Source: Deltaproteobacteria bacterium RBG_16_49_23
GTDB taxonomy: Bacteria; Desulfobacterota; BSN033; UBA1163
Reading direction: 5' to 3'
Length of the DNA stretch: 64,000 nucleotides
Assembly (NCBI GenBank): GCA_001798855.1
Contig: MGQQ01000144.1
Coordinates: 6,711 to 70,710 of the forward strand
Shown: piece by piece, positions 26,825 through 35,611 of the stretch
How the letters are laid out: each line of letters begins with the position of its first letter
How positions within the stretch are numbered: the stretch's first letter is position 1
The notes under the pieces: generated by a model
Database searches by the model: none
What the model was told of the DNA's origin: nothing
What the model saw: the letters and a program-made list of their open reading frames with translations, nothing else
Program-made: the position numbers and the translations under genes

Positions 26825-27102
26825 TGAAGAAAAAAAAGATAAGTTATGACTATGGAGAATGTGAGATTTGCAATACCTCGATGAAAGAGGAATTTACTAA
26901 ACAAGATTTCTGGATCCGGGGAAAGCTTATCGTTGTGGAAGATGTCCCCGCCGGGGTATGTCCTAAATGTGGAGAGAAGGTGGTTAAAGCAGACGTAGGG
27001 CGTTCGATTTTAAGGTTAATAGAAAGTTCAGAGCGGATTGCAAAAGCCCCGAAAATTTCTGTTCCTAAGATTAAATTCATTGCAGAGGAAGCAAGATTTT
27101 AG
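26824..27102 (+). CDS. YgiT-type zinc-finger protein (MqsA-N-like antitoxin candidate)
   Basis: CEIC...x...GKLIVVEDVPAGVCPKCGEKV is the classic YgiT-type zinc ribbon. Confidence 0.65.
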   Translation: MKKKKISYDYGECEICNTSMKEEFTKQDFWIRGKLIVVEDVPAGVCPKCGEKVVKADVGRSILRLIESSERIAKAPKISVPKIKFIAEEARF

Positions 27103-27327
27103 GCGGCCCATTCTTCCCACCCAGTATAGTCTTTAACCAACTGAATTCCTTTCAATAATAAAAACTCCTTCTTTAAATTCATCACAGTTCAATCCGTCAA
27201 TTGTCACCTATTGAAAGCAAAAACGATCACTCCCTTCCATCTCCCTTTAAAAGCTAAACGTGTCCCATATCTTGTGGGCTGGACACAAGGAGTGGATGTA
27301 TGACTGGTGCAATTGGGACTTTGGCAT

Positions 27328-27431
27328 ACCCCACCCCCACCCTAACCCTCCCCCTGAAAGGGAGGGTAATCGTCACACGCTTCACGTGATTCCTCCCCCT
27401 TCAAGGGGGAAGTCAGGAGGGGGATGGGGGA
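27328..27431. repeat. GC-rich hairpin repeats
   Basis: CCCTCCCCCTGAAAGGGAGGG and CCTCCCCCTTCAAGGGGGAAG...GGAGGGGGATGGGGG. Confidence 0.65.
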
Positions 27432-27570
27432 TCTATTGGAGTTCCCTTTGTGTCCAGCGCTCCCATTGATGGGTAAGGATCAGTTTTAGAAGAGGAGGAG
27501 GTATCGGTATCTAAAAATTTCAATTTTTTGGAACCAAATTCTTTCACGGGTGTCTTTAATACCAAAACAA

Positions 27571-27610
27571 TCACCCTCACCCTACCCTCTCCCATCAAAG
27601 GGAGAGGGTA
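27571..27610. repeat. GC-rich hairpin repeat
   Basis: TCACCCTCACCCTACCCTCTCCCATCAAAGGGAGAGGGTA. Same motif as at 44448-44478. Confidence 0.7.
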
Positions 27611-27636
27611 AATCTGAGGAAAAGGAGGATTTTCCA

Positions 27637-29052
27637 ATGAAAAAGTTTGTCATTTTAATCACCCTCATCTCATTTCTTTATTCTATCCAGATAGGCTTTG
27701 CGGCGCCGTTGACCAGCACCCTCAAAGATCAGCAGAACGTAGCCATTACCATCTACAACTCAAACATTGGGCTGGTCAAAGATACCCGGCTGATCGATCT
27801 CAGGCAGGGGATCCATGAATTGAAGTTTATGGATGTTGCCGGAAAGATCGACCCTGTCACCGTCCATATCAAATCACTGATCAATGAGTCGAGCCTCGAT
27901 GTCCTGGAGCAGAACTACGAATACGACCTTCTCAGCCCCCAGAAGCTGCTTGAAAAATATGTGGGGCAGAAGGTCCAACTGGCAACATTCAATAACGAAA
28001 CGAAAAAAGAGGAGACCGTTGAGGCCACCCTCCTTTCTACCCAGGGTGGAAATATCTTTCAGATCGGTGACAAGATCCACATCGGTCATTACGGACGGGT
28101 CCTTCTCTCAAAGATCCCTGAAAATCTCATCCCTCAGCCCACCCTGGTCTGGATGCTGGAAAACAGGCTTCCCAGGACCCAAAAGGTGGAGGCTTCGTAC
28201 CTCACCTCCGGGATTAACTGGAAGGCGGATTACGTGACTGTCTTAAATAAATCGGACACACTTAGCGATCTGACGGGTTGGGTGACCATCGATAACCGAA
28301 GCGGCGCCACTTACCAGAATGCTCTGTTGAAGCTGGTGGCAGGCGATATCCACCGGGTTCAGGGGGAGATGAGGATGGATTATGCAAGACCCATGGCCGC
28401 TGCAAAAGAGGCAAGCCAACAATTCAAAGAGGAGTCCTTTTTCGAATATCATCTCTACACTCTGGACCGCAGGACAACGATCAAAGATAATCAGACCAAA
28501 CAGATGTCTTTGCTCGATGCCAATCAGGTTCCTGTCAAGAAACTCTTCATCTTTTCAGGCCATCCTCAATACTACTACTCCCGGTATGATCAGAGGACGA
28601 ATAAGCAAAAGGTTGGGGTCTTTCTTGAACTTGAGAATACAAAAAAGAACAACCTCGGGATGCCCCTGCCTAAAGGGACGATCCGGGTCTATAAAGAGGA
28701 TAAGGATGGAAGCCTTCAGTTTGTGGGAGAGGACCGGATCGACCATACGCCAAAGGATGAAAAGATTAAGATCAAGATTGGAGAGGCTTTTGATGTGGTG
28801 GGAGAGAAGACCCAGACCGAATACAAACATCTCGGTTACAACCTCTATGAAGTGGCATTCGAGGTCAGTCTGAGGAATCACAAAAAGGAAGACATTAAGG
28901 TCTTAGTAGAAGAACCCATCCCCGGTGACTGGGAGATGCTTTCGAACACCCATCCGTACGAAAAACTCCAGGCCAACCTGATTCGCTTCAATGTCCCTGT
29001 GGCAAAAGATCAGGAAATGAAAGTAAAATATAGGATTCGATTTAAATATTAA
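27637..29052 (+). CDS. exported DUF4139-like protein
   Basis: AAGGAGG Shine-Dalgarno sequence before the ATG at 27637. Signal peptide FVILITLISFLYSIQIGFA. VAITIYNSNIGLVKDTR...G...L.F.DV...IDP.TVH is the typical DUF4139 N-terminus. Confidence 0.55.
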   Translation: MKKFVILITLISFLYSIQIGFAAPLTSTLKDQQNVAITIYNSNIGLVKDTRLIDLRQGIHELKFMDVAGKIDPVTVHIKSLINESSLDVLEQNYEYDLLSPQKLLEKYVGQKVQLATFNNETKKEETVEATLLSTQGGNIFQIGDKIHIGHYGRVLLSKIPENLIPQPTLVWMLENRLPRTQKVEASYLTSGINWKADYVTVLNKSDTLSDLTGWVTIDNRSGATYQNALLKLVAGDIHRVQGEMRMDYARPMAAAKEASQQFKEESFFEYHLYTLDRRTTIKDNQTKQMSLLDANQVPVKKLFIFSGHPQYYYSRYDQRTNKQKVGVFLELENTKKNNLGMPLPKGTIRVYKEDKDGSLQFVGEDRIDHTPKDEKIKIKIGEAFDVVGEKTQTEYKHLGYNLYEVAFEVSLRNHKKEDIKVLVEEPIPGDWEMLSNTHPYEKLQANLIRFNVPVAKDQEMKVKYRIRFKY

Positions 29053-29062
29053 TAAGTTTTGA

Positions 29063-29167
29063 GTAAACCCCGTTAGAAATTCCAGCGGGGCATTAAACCC
29101 CTCCGGAATTATTCTAAAACCTAACCCCGCCGCAGAGCAGCGGGGCATTATTTCTAACGGGGTAAAA
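29063..29167. mobile_element. MITE-like element, family A copy 2 (105 bp)
   Basis: GTAAACCCCGTTAGAAAT ... ATTTCTAACGGGGTAAAA terminal inverted repeats. Nearly collinear with copy 3. Confidence 0.8.
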
Positions 29168-29344
29168 ATCCCCTTCCAATTCAGGCAAACTTCCTGAGGT
29201 CTGTATGAAACCTTGTATTGAAGGACAGAATTTGAAAATCAATAATTCAGGGAATAGTCTCCTAAAAAAAAGAGGGAAATAACACCTACAGGTCGGTACT
29301 ACAAGATAGACAATTGAATTAACCATTTCCAGTAGAAATGTGCA

Positions 29345-29379
29345 CAAAAAAAGGCAGGACCATTTCTGATCCTGCCTTG
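29345..29379 (-). terminator. rho-independent terminator of the usp gene
   Basis: On the minus strand: AAGGCAGGATC-AGAAATG-GTCCTGCCTT followed by TTTTTTT. Confidence 0.6.
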
Positions 29380-29401
29380 TATGATTGAATATATAAATCT
29401 A

Positions 29402-29920
29402 TCAGATTTTATCCCAATCAATATTGGTTTTCTCAGAGGGCAAAGGTATTATGAAAACTGGTTTTCGGGTTCGTTCCAGAACTGAACCAGCCACACTTCC
29501 AAGAAAGGTCTGTCTCAAGAATCCTTTTCCATGAGTTCCAAGGACGATTGCCTCGCAACCTTCTTCATCTGCTGCCTTCAAAATCTCTTCTACGGGATGG
29601 CCCAATGGAACGAGGATTTTGGATACCAGTTCAACGCATGGAGGGCCAATTTGAATCTCCGCTTTCTTGCAAAATTCCTGGAGGCCTTTTTGGATCTCCT
29701 CAATGTCCGTCTCCCGTTCTTGTTTTTTAGCTTTTCTAAATTCTGCTTCAATGCGATCAGACATGTCAACAGTGTAAATATGACGGACAGGTTCAACAGA
29801 ATGCAAAATGACAATTCTTGCGTTATATCTTTTTGCCATATCGGCAGCATAAAGAAAGGCATAAGATGAGTTTTTACTGAGGTCCGTAGCATAAAGAATG
29901 TTCTTAATTTTGGGAATCAT
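29402..29920 (-). CDS. universal stress protein (UspA family)
   Basis: ILYATDLS...ARIVILHSVEP...IVLGTHGKGFLRQTFLGSVAGSVLERTRKPVFIIP. Confidence 0.85.
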   Translation of the reverse strand: MIPKIKNILYATDLSKNSSYAFLYAADMAKRYNARIVILHSVEPVRHIYTVDMSDRIEAEFRKAKKQERETDIEEIQKGLQEFCKKAEIQIGPPCVELVSKILVPLGHPVEEILKAADEEGCEAIVLGTHGKGFLRQTFLGSVAGSVLERTRKPVFIIPLPSEKTNIDWDKI

Positions 29921-30843
29921 TTCTCTCCTCCTCTCCTTCCTATATTCATTCTGATTAAAGAATGTTGGCGAAAGATTTATTGTTTACCAAAACTATTTTA
30001 TTAAACTGGGGCCCAGGCAATAACGAATCACAAGCCAATCCCTCCAATGGCCGCAAGCAGGCAAAGGGTCCATTTGATCTTCGCCAAATAAAAAACTATC
30101 CATAATTTATTAATCTCATATTTTCTTAGCAAAGTAAATAGGGTAAATACAGTATATTATGAAAAACAAAACTGCACTTTGGAACCAATTCACGACGACA
30201 ATTATTTGTCAGAGTATACAGAAGCTGCTCGTTTGATCCCGCTAAGTTCATATTTATTAATGATTTCGGTTTAAAATGTCGCACTGACGGGTGAAATCAA
30301 CAACTCTTGATTTCAGGAAGTAGTTCTTGCGCTGTTTGGCGGGGGCTTCATCCGCAATAGAGGTCTGAGAAGGTTGAAAGCGTATGAAAAGGTCTTGGGG
30401 GATAGTCAATGATCTTAAATTATTCTATGAAGTCCAGAGACGCTTGTCACCCCTACTTATTTAAAAACTTAACTGCACCTCCTGGGCACTATGAAGGATC
30501 ATTTAAAGGTTGGGGCGTATGTGATGATGCGCTATATAAAAAGGGTCTAATCATGAATTTCCCTGGCATCTTTTTTGCTGTTTTATGTCTGGTTGTGATG
30601 ATTTCAATTCCTGCCAAAAGTTCAGATGTTTGATTTCATAAATAAATTTAAGGGGTTATTTGTGGATTGCAATAAGGGTTTTTTGCCGGTGGCCATAGTC
30701 TTATGTCGATAATTGTAACTATTGGAAAAAAAATGAACTCTTAGCGCGGGTGGGAATTTGGATTTTATAAGAATAAGCTATCCTTTTTCGGGGAAATGGA
30801 AGACGGAGGTCCATGGGGGGTGGACAAGAATAGAAGGGAAAAT

Positions 30844-32580
30844 ATGAACTCAAAACTGAAAATAACCCGCTTATTCCAGATTATCTTTTTGTCCGCGTTA
30901 CTTTTGAACGCTGCAGCAATGAATACTGCTTCTGCCGAGATGATTCCCCAGGATCGGAGAATTGACTGGAGCCAGGCAGGTATTCCAGGGGGCATACCGA
31001 ACCGCGCCACGATCTGCGCCACGATCAACGCGACGACCTATGGCAATGGTACGACGGATGCAACAGCGGCTATTCAGAATGCGATCGACCACTGTCCTGC
31101 CAACCAGGTAGTCTATCTGCCTGCGGGAACATACAAAGTTTCAAGCCCCGCCAACCAGGAGACGATCCTTAATATGAGGTCGAATGTGACTCTAAGGGGT
31201 GCTGGCCAGGGTAAAACCGTGATCAATTTTCCGGGAACATACGCTCGTTCAGTTATAGATATCAGGGGATCTGCATACTGGGATATCTACGGTCTTCAAA
31301 GAAGTGTCGGCATTACGGGTGACATGGCAAAAGGGTCCCCACAGATTACTTTAGGTAGTGCGAGCGGCATATCGGTAGGAGACATCCTCCTTATCGATCA
31401 ACTCAATGACCCTCAATTGGTAGATCCTGTCGGTTATGAAGGCCTTTGCACGTACTGCGGCCGGGCCAATGGCAGCCGGGTGCGCGGTCAATATGCAGAA
31501 GTAGCTGCCATCAACGGTAATTCGGTTACTCTGAATCTACCGCTGTACTGGACACTCAGCGCCTCCCTCTCTCCCCAGGCTACCCTGGTCAATGCAAGCA
31601 GTATGGTGCGCTGGGCAGGGATTGAAGATCTGACGCTCACAGAATCGCAGGCGGCGGTTGAATTTATGATCGAAATGGACGCAGCCCAGTACTCATGGCT
31701 CAAGAATGTTGAAATTAAGCGGGTAAAACGGCGTGCCGTCTGGCTGATCGAAAGCCTGCAGAACGAGATCCGCGAGAGTTATTTCCATGATGGCATAGGC
31801 GGCTTTGGACGTGATCGCGGCTACGGCGTTCTGGTCGATGCCTACTCCAACGCCAACCTCGTTGAAAACAATATCTTTCATACCTTGGACGGCGGCTTCA
31901 TGATGGCTGCCGGCGGAGCTTCTGGAAATGTCTTCGCCTATAACTATATGACCGACTCCCGATTTGATGACCCGTGGTGGCTTACACAAAGTCCATCGAT
32001 CAGTCACGCTCCCCATCCTTCCATGAACTTGTGGGAGGGCAACATCGGCATTCAGGCAGCGGCCGATTTTATCCACGGCTCCTCCAGTCACAATACCATC
32101 TTTAGAAGTCGTTCCAGTGGCTGGCAAAATGCAACCATTACTTCCAATAACAATGCAATCGAATTTCAATACAAGAATACTTATATGAATGTGCTAGGCT
32201 GTGTTCTGGGAACTGTGGGCCAATCCAGCGCCTATGAGGCAGCCTATCCCGCTTCCGGTGATTCTTCACTCAAGACAATATGGCGACTGGGTTATGGTGG
32301 ACCGTCGTGGGCCGGAGATCCGAACGTCAAAGCGACCCTTCTGCGTCACGGCAACTTTGACTATGTCACAAACAGCGTCATATGGGATCCCAGTATCCCA
32401 GACCACACCCTGCCTCCGTCACTTTATTTATCGTCAAAACCCTCGTGGTGGGAAAGTCTGCCTTGGCCGGCCATTGGTCCGGATTTGAATCCGATGACCG
32501 GCACAATTCCCGCCAAACAGCGCTACGAAGGGGGCGACACTACGCCTCCCTCACGGCCAACGGGGCTGACCATCAGGTAA
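30844..32580 (+). CDS. secreted right-handed beta-helix protein (pectate-lyase-superfamily / glycosidase-like)
   Basis: Signal peptide LFQIIFLSALLLNAAAMNTASA. YGNGTTDATAAIQNAIDHCPANQVVYLPAGTYKV is the typical pectate_lyase_3 N-terminus. The stop codon is formed at the edge of MITE A3. Confidence 0.65.
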   Translation: MNSKLKITRLFQIIFLSALLLNAAAMNTASAEMIPQDRRIDWSQAGIPGGIPNRATICATINATTYGNGTTDATAAIQNAIDHCPANQVVYLPAGTYKVSSPANQETILNMRSNVTLRGAGQGKTVINFPGTYARSVIDIRGSAYWDIYGLQRSVGITGDMAKGSPQITLGSASGISVGDILLIDQLNDPQLVDPVGYEGLCTYCGRANGSRVRGQYAEVAAINGNSVTLNLPLYWTLSASLSPQATLVNASSMVRWAGIEDLTLTESQAAVEFMIEMDAAQYSWLKNVEIKRVKRRAVWLIESLQNEIRESYFHDGIGGFGRDRGYGVLVDAYSNANLVENNIFHTLDGGFMMAAGGASGNVFAYNYMTDSRFDDPWWLTQSPSISHAPHPSMNLWEGNIGIQAAADFIHGSSSHNTIFRSRSSGWQNATITSNNNAIEFQYKNTYMNVLGCVLGTVGQSSAYEAAYPASGDSSLKTIWRLGYGGPSWAGDPNVKATLLRHGNFDYVTNSVIWDPSIPDHTLPPSLYLSSKPSWWESLPWPAIGPDLNPMTGTIPAKQRYEGGDTTPPSRPTGLTIR

Positions 32581-32680
32581 ACCCCGTTAGAAATTCCAGC
32601 GGGGCTTTAAAGCCCGTCGGAATTATTCTAAAATCTAACCACGCTACAGAGGAGCGGGACATTATTTCTAACGGGGTAAA
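32577..32680. mobile_element. MITE-like element, family A copy 3 (104 bp)
   Basis: GTAAACCCCGTTAGAAAT ... ATTTCTAACGGGGTAAAA. Its first TAA is the stop codon of the upstream gene. Confidence 0.8.
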
Positions 32681-32762
32681 AAATGTGAAGTCTGCACTAA
32701 GGTCTAATATTATATTTCAGGCATAAATCTTGTGGTATTGAAGTGAACAGGGAGAAGGGTCT

Positions 32763-34451
32763 ATGAATAAAGAGAAATTAAATTACCCGATGGGACAGAG
32801 GTCTCCAAGGCGGATAAGAGAATTCATTTTCAGATTGGCTTCTCTTCTCCTTTTGTTGATGGCGATAGGACGCGGTCTTCTGATATCTTCGGTGGAAGCG
32901 GCTCCTGGCACGTGCGGGAATGGAGTGCCGGATAAATTTGAACAATGTGATGATGGCAATTCGACAGATGGGGACGGGTGTTCGAGTTTATGTCAAATAG
33001 AGGGGGATCATTTTCCGGCTTCAGTGTACACTTCAAATGATCCTCCGCCTATCCCTGCTCTTGAAGAGCTCCCCCTTCTCTCCCAGATAAGCCAACAGGG
33101 CATTATTTGGATATTTTCGACACCCCAACGGGTGGGCCGTTTTGTGAATGGTGACTATTACGTGGTTGGAACGGCCACCATCACCGATATCCAACCTCTT
33201 CCCACGCCGAACAATGGGCGGCATGGATCAATGTTAAATATTTCGCCTAACTTCCAGAAGAGTGGATTTGACAGTCGCCTTGTGTCCGGACGATACGATT
33301 CGAGTTTACGCGTCTATCCTCCAATCACGTTAACTCCGGGAAACAAATTGGTTTCTTCCAGAAGTGTCGATGCGTCAAATCTACCCGCTGTCATGCGGCC
33401 TAACGATTCATCGGTGAGTCCCGTGGCCTCCGTTTCAATTCTGACCAGCGTCTCCGCCCCAAAACCGTTGGATGCTTTTCGTCCCTCTTATGCCGGAGGC
33501 TCAACTCAAATCTATTTGTCACGAAATTTAAGACGGGGCATCCTTCCCGCACTTCAACCCGTCCAACATATACCCCCCTTGGCCGAATTTGAAGGGTACT
33601 TGAAACGGCCGTGGGTGGATTCTGTCTTTTTTAGTTTTGCAGCGCCATCGGAATACATGGCCAGTTATGGGCGAGAGAATGGTTATGTCATGTCTTTTGC
33701 CGGTCTTCTCCTCACCCTGAATTTCACTCAGGAACAAAAGGAACCCCTCCTTGTCTATCTCACTCAATACGGGATCGATCTGTATGGACTTGTAGAGCAA
33801 GGTCATACGGGGTGGCAGGCCCATGGGGGACATGGCACCGGACGAAAGTTCCCAATTGTTTTGGCCGGTGTGATGTTGAACGAAGAAAACATGAAATCGG
33901 TTCAAGCCAATTTCGGCGAGGATATGCAGACGATTGGGGTGACCGAAACATTGCCTGTCGGCAACTACACAAAATCATGGCACATCCATCCGGAAACCGT
34001 TGTCTATGGCGGCCATGTTGGAATCAATGGAGAATCGGTGAACCCGGGTTGGGGACCCTATGAGCATTTGGCGCCCTCGGCCTGGAAGAGCACCCTCGGG
34101 GAGTCCTATCGTCGATGCTGCACCAGTGTCAGCTGGGTGGGAGAAGCACTCGCTGCCCGACTCATTCCAGGGATGCAACAGGCTTGGAATCATGCGCAAT
34201 TCTTTTCCTATGTGGATCGATGGATGCTTTCGGCTGATGATCCTCAGGACCTCGAAACCATAAGAAGTGCGACCGGCATGACCATCGATGCTGACTTTAT
34301 GCAAGGCCAATCATGGAAGATTTTGAGTGGGGGAGGTTACTACAGGCCTCACCGCACTTTCGTTGATGAGATGTGGGCTGCGCATAGGAACAGCTCTCCG
34401 GATACCACTCCACCATCGATTCCAAGGAATTTAAGGATAATCATTCCGTAA
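32763..34451 (+). CDS. secreted protein with an N-terminal Cys-rich CGNG..EQCDDGN..GDGCS..C repeat and a large uncharacterised domain
   Basis: Signal anchor FRLASLLLLLMAIGRGLLISSVEA. One copy of the Myxococcus-type Cys-rich repeat. The C-terminus carries DTTPPSIPRNL, as does the upstream protein. Confidence 0.6.
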   Translation: MNKEKLNYPMGQRSPRRIREFIFRLASLLLLLMAIGRGLLISSVEAAPGTCGNGVPDKFEQCDDGNSTDGDGCSSLCQIEGDHFPASVYTSNDPPPIPALEELPLLSQISQQGIIWIFSTPQRVGRFVNGDYYVVGTATITDIQPLPTPNNGRHGSMLNISPNFQKSGFDSRLVSGRYDSSLRVYPPITLTPGNKLVSSRSVDASNLPAVMRPNDSSVSPVASVSILTSVSAPKPLDAFRPSYAGGSTQIYLSRNLRRGILPALQPVQHIPPLAEFEGYLKRPWVDSVFFSFAAPSEYMASYGRENGYVMSFAGLLLTLNFTQEQKEPLLVYLTQYGIDLYGLVEQGHTGWQAHGGHGTGRKFPIVLAGVMLNEENMKSVQANFGEDMQTIGVTETLPVGNYTKSWHIHPETVVYGGHVGINGESVNPGWGPYEHLAPSAWKSTLGESYRRCCTSVSWVGEALAARLIPGMQQAWNHAQFFSYVDRWMLSADDPQDLETIRSATGMTIDADFMQGQSWKILSGGGYYRPHRTFVDEMWAAHRNSSPDTTPPSIPRNLRIIIP

Positions 34452-34704
34452 ATTTATGTTTTGCCTGCTGCGACAATGTCCCTTTTTCTCTGACAAGTCT
34501 TCATATCTCTTCATTAAGACAGATTGTAGATGACTACTTGAACTCAAGTAATTCATGTCACGGAGACCGATGCTACCTCACCCTCCGCTCTCCCGTGTCC
34601 AACACACGGGATTCCAGGCCTCCCAAATTCGTTCACTTGTTCTGTTTTTTTTGTTATAGAATTAAATCATATGCAGATTGTCATCCTCTATGGAAGGAGA
34701 TAAT

Positions 34705-34932
34705 ATGAAAAAAATGTTTCCTTGGATGCTGGGAATCACCTGCACGCTTTGGATTATGGCAGGATTTCCAATATCAGCCCGGGAGGAATGACCAATCTTA
34801 ATTAAACAGATTGAACCATCGATCGTTGTTGTCATCACATATAGTGATCAAGGAAAGATGCTAGGACTGGGAGGGGTAGGCTCCATCGCTGGCCATACTG
34901 AGCTGCGCATTCCCGTCTGCCGGACAACCTAA
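34705..34932 (+). pseudogene. remnant of a secreted trypsin-like (HtrA/S1C-like) protease N-terminus with an in-frame TGA
   Basis: GGAAGGAG Shine-Dalgarno sequence, signal peptide MKKMFPWMLGITCTLWIMAGFPISA, TGA at 34789, then the same frame reads LIKQIEPSIVVVITYSDQGKMLGLGG. This is the typical motif preceding the catalytic His region. It then ends after about 20 further codons. Confidence 0.35.
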
Positions 34933-35317
34933 AACTCAGGGATGCCGTCCTCTACCTTGAGGATATGCATAGCGGCGTCACGTGGGCACCTAATGATATA
35001 CTCGTCTCGGTTCCTCTTGTGACGTTGGAACCTACAACAGTCTGTGCCTCTCTCGTCGGAGACACACACCTGGTCGTTGCTCTTGACCTCCCAAGTGCAA
35101 GGAATATGCAGCTCCGCAGAGATTAAAATCCTTTTGCCGTCGGCACGGTAGTGTTCGACGACAGGAACTCCCATAAAGGTCCTCCTGAACGTTTTGTTTG
35201 AGTAAAGGGCGAAAAGTTCCTTCGGGTTCTTGATGTCCACCCATCCTGCGACGCAACTGGCCCAGACAGCATGAAAAACAATACACCTGTCATAAACGCG
35301 ATGTTTCTCGATGTCAT
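34929..35317 (-). pseudogene. small secreted protein gene split by a 1-nt frameshift (or assembly error)
   Basis: GGAGGTG Shine-Dalgarno sequence plus signal peptide MTSRNIAFMTGVLFFMLSGPVASQ in one frame. The 103-aa body (ORF 34929..35240) lies in the adjacent frame. The frames meet at GATGGGTGG (about 35240). Confidence 0.45.
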
Positions 35318-35611
35318 GGCTTCACCTCCCCAAGATTCGTTTTCAGATGATCCGTGCGAGTCTTTGACAACAATAACGCCCGTCACCCCCTCTCCATTCA
35401 GTTTGGACAAGACTGTTATTATATAGAATCGAGTTAACTTAAGAACGAATTGTTTATAAGGGTCGAAGCATATCCGTATTGTTTCTTTGCGGTTGTAATA
35501 TACCCCTTTTTTTAGAAATTAGGGAAGCGAATGTTACTGGAAGAAATCGATATTTTCTTGGATCACCTTTTTAAAGAAAAACGGCGGGTCTCGTCCATAT
35601 TCATCCTTCTG

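Noticed and set aside
27260-27637. ORFs 27260..27469 (+), 27413..27637 (-) and the N-terminal 29 codons of ORF 27550..29052
   Set aside because: They are P/G/E/S-rich translations of the GGGAGAGGG-type hairpins. The DUF4139-like gene has a strong AAGGAGG Shine-Dalgarno sequence and a signal peptide starting at 27637.
30409-30633. 74-aa ORF in the 0.9-kb gap between the usp gene and the beta-helix gene
   Set aside because: No Shine-Dalgarno sequence, atypical composition and no recognisable motif. The gap may hold promoters or an ncRNA, but I could not find a convincing structure by eye.
32905-32922. Additional sigma54 promoters (TGGCAC occurrences at about 8868, 32905 and 43385)
   Set aside because: None has TTGC at the required 5-nt spacing, and all are inside coding regions or wrongly placed. 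Only 57631-57646 fits the consensus.
34789-34791. In-frame TGA as selenocysteine or programmed readthrough in the protease-like fragment
   Set aside because: There is no SECIS-like hairpin immediately downstream. The reading frame ends about 45 codons later without the catalytic domain. Gene decay is the simpler explanation.
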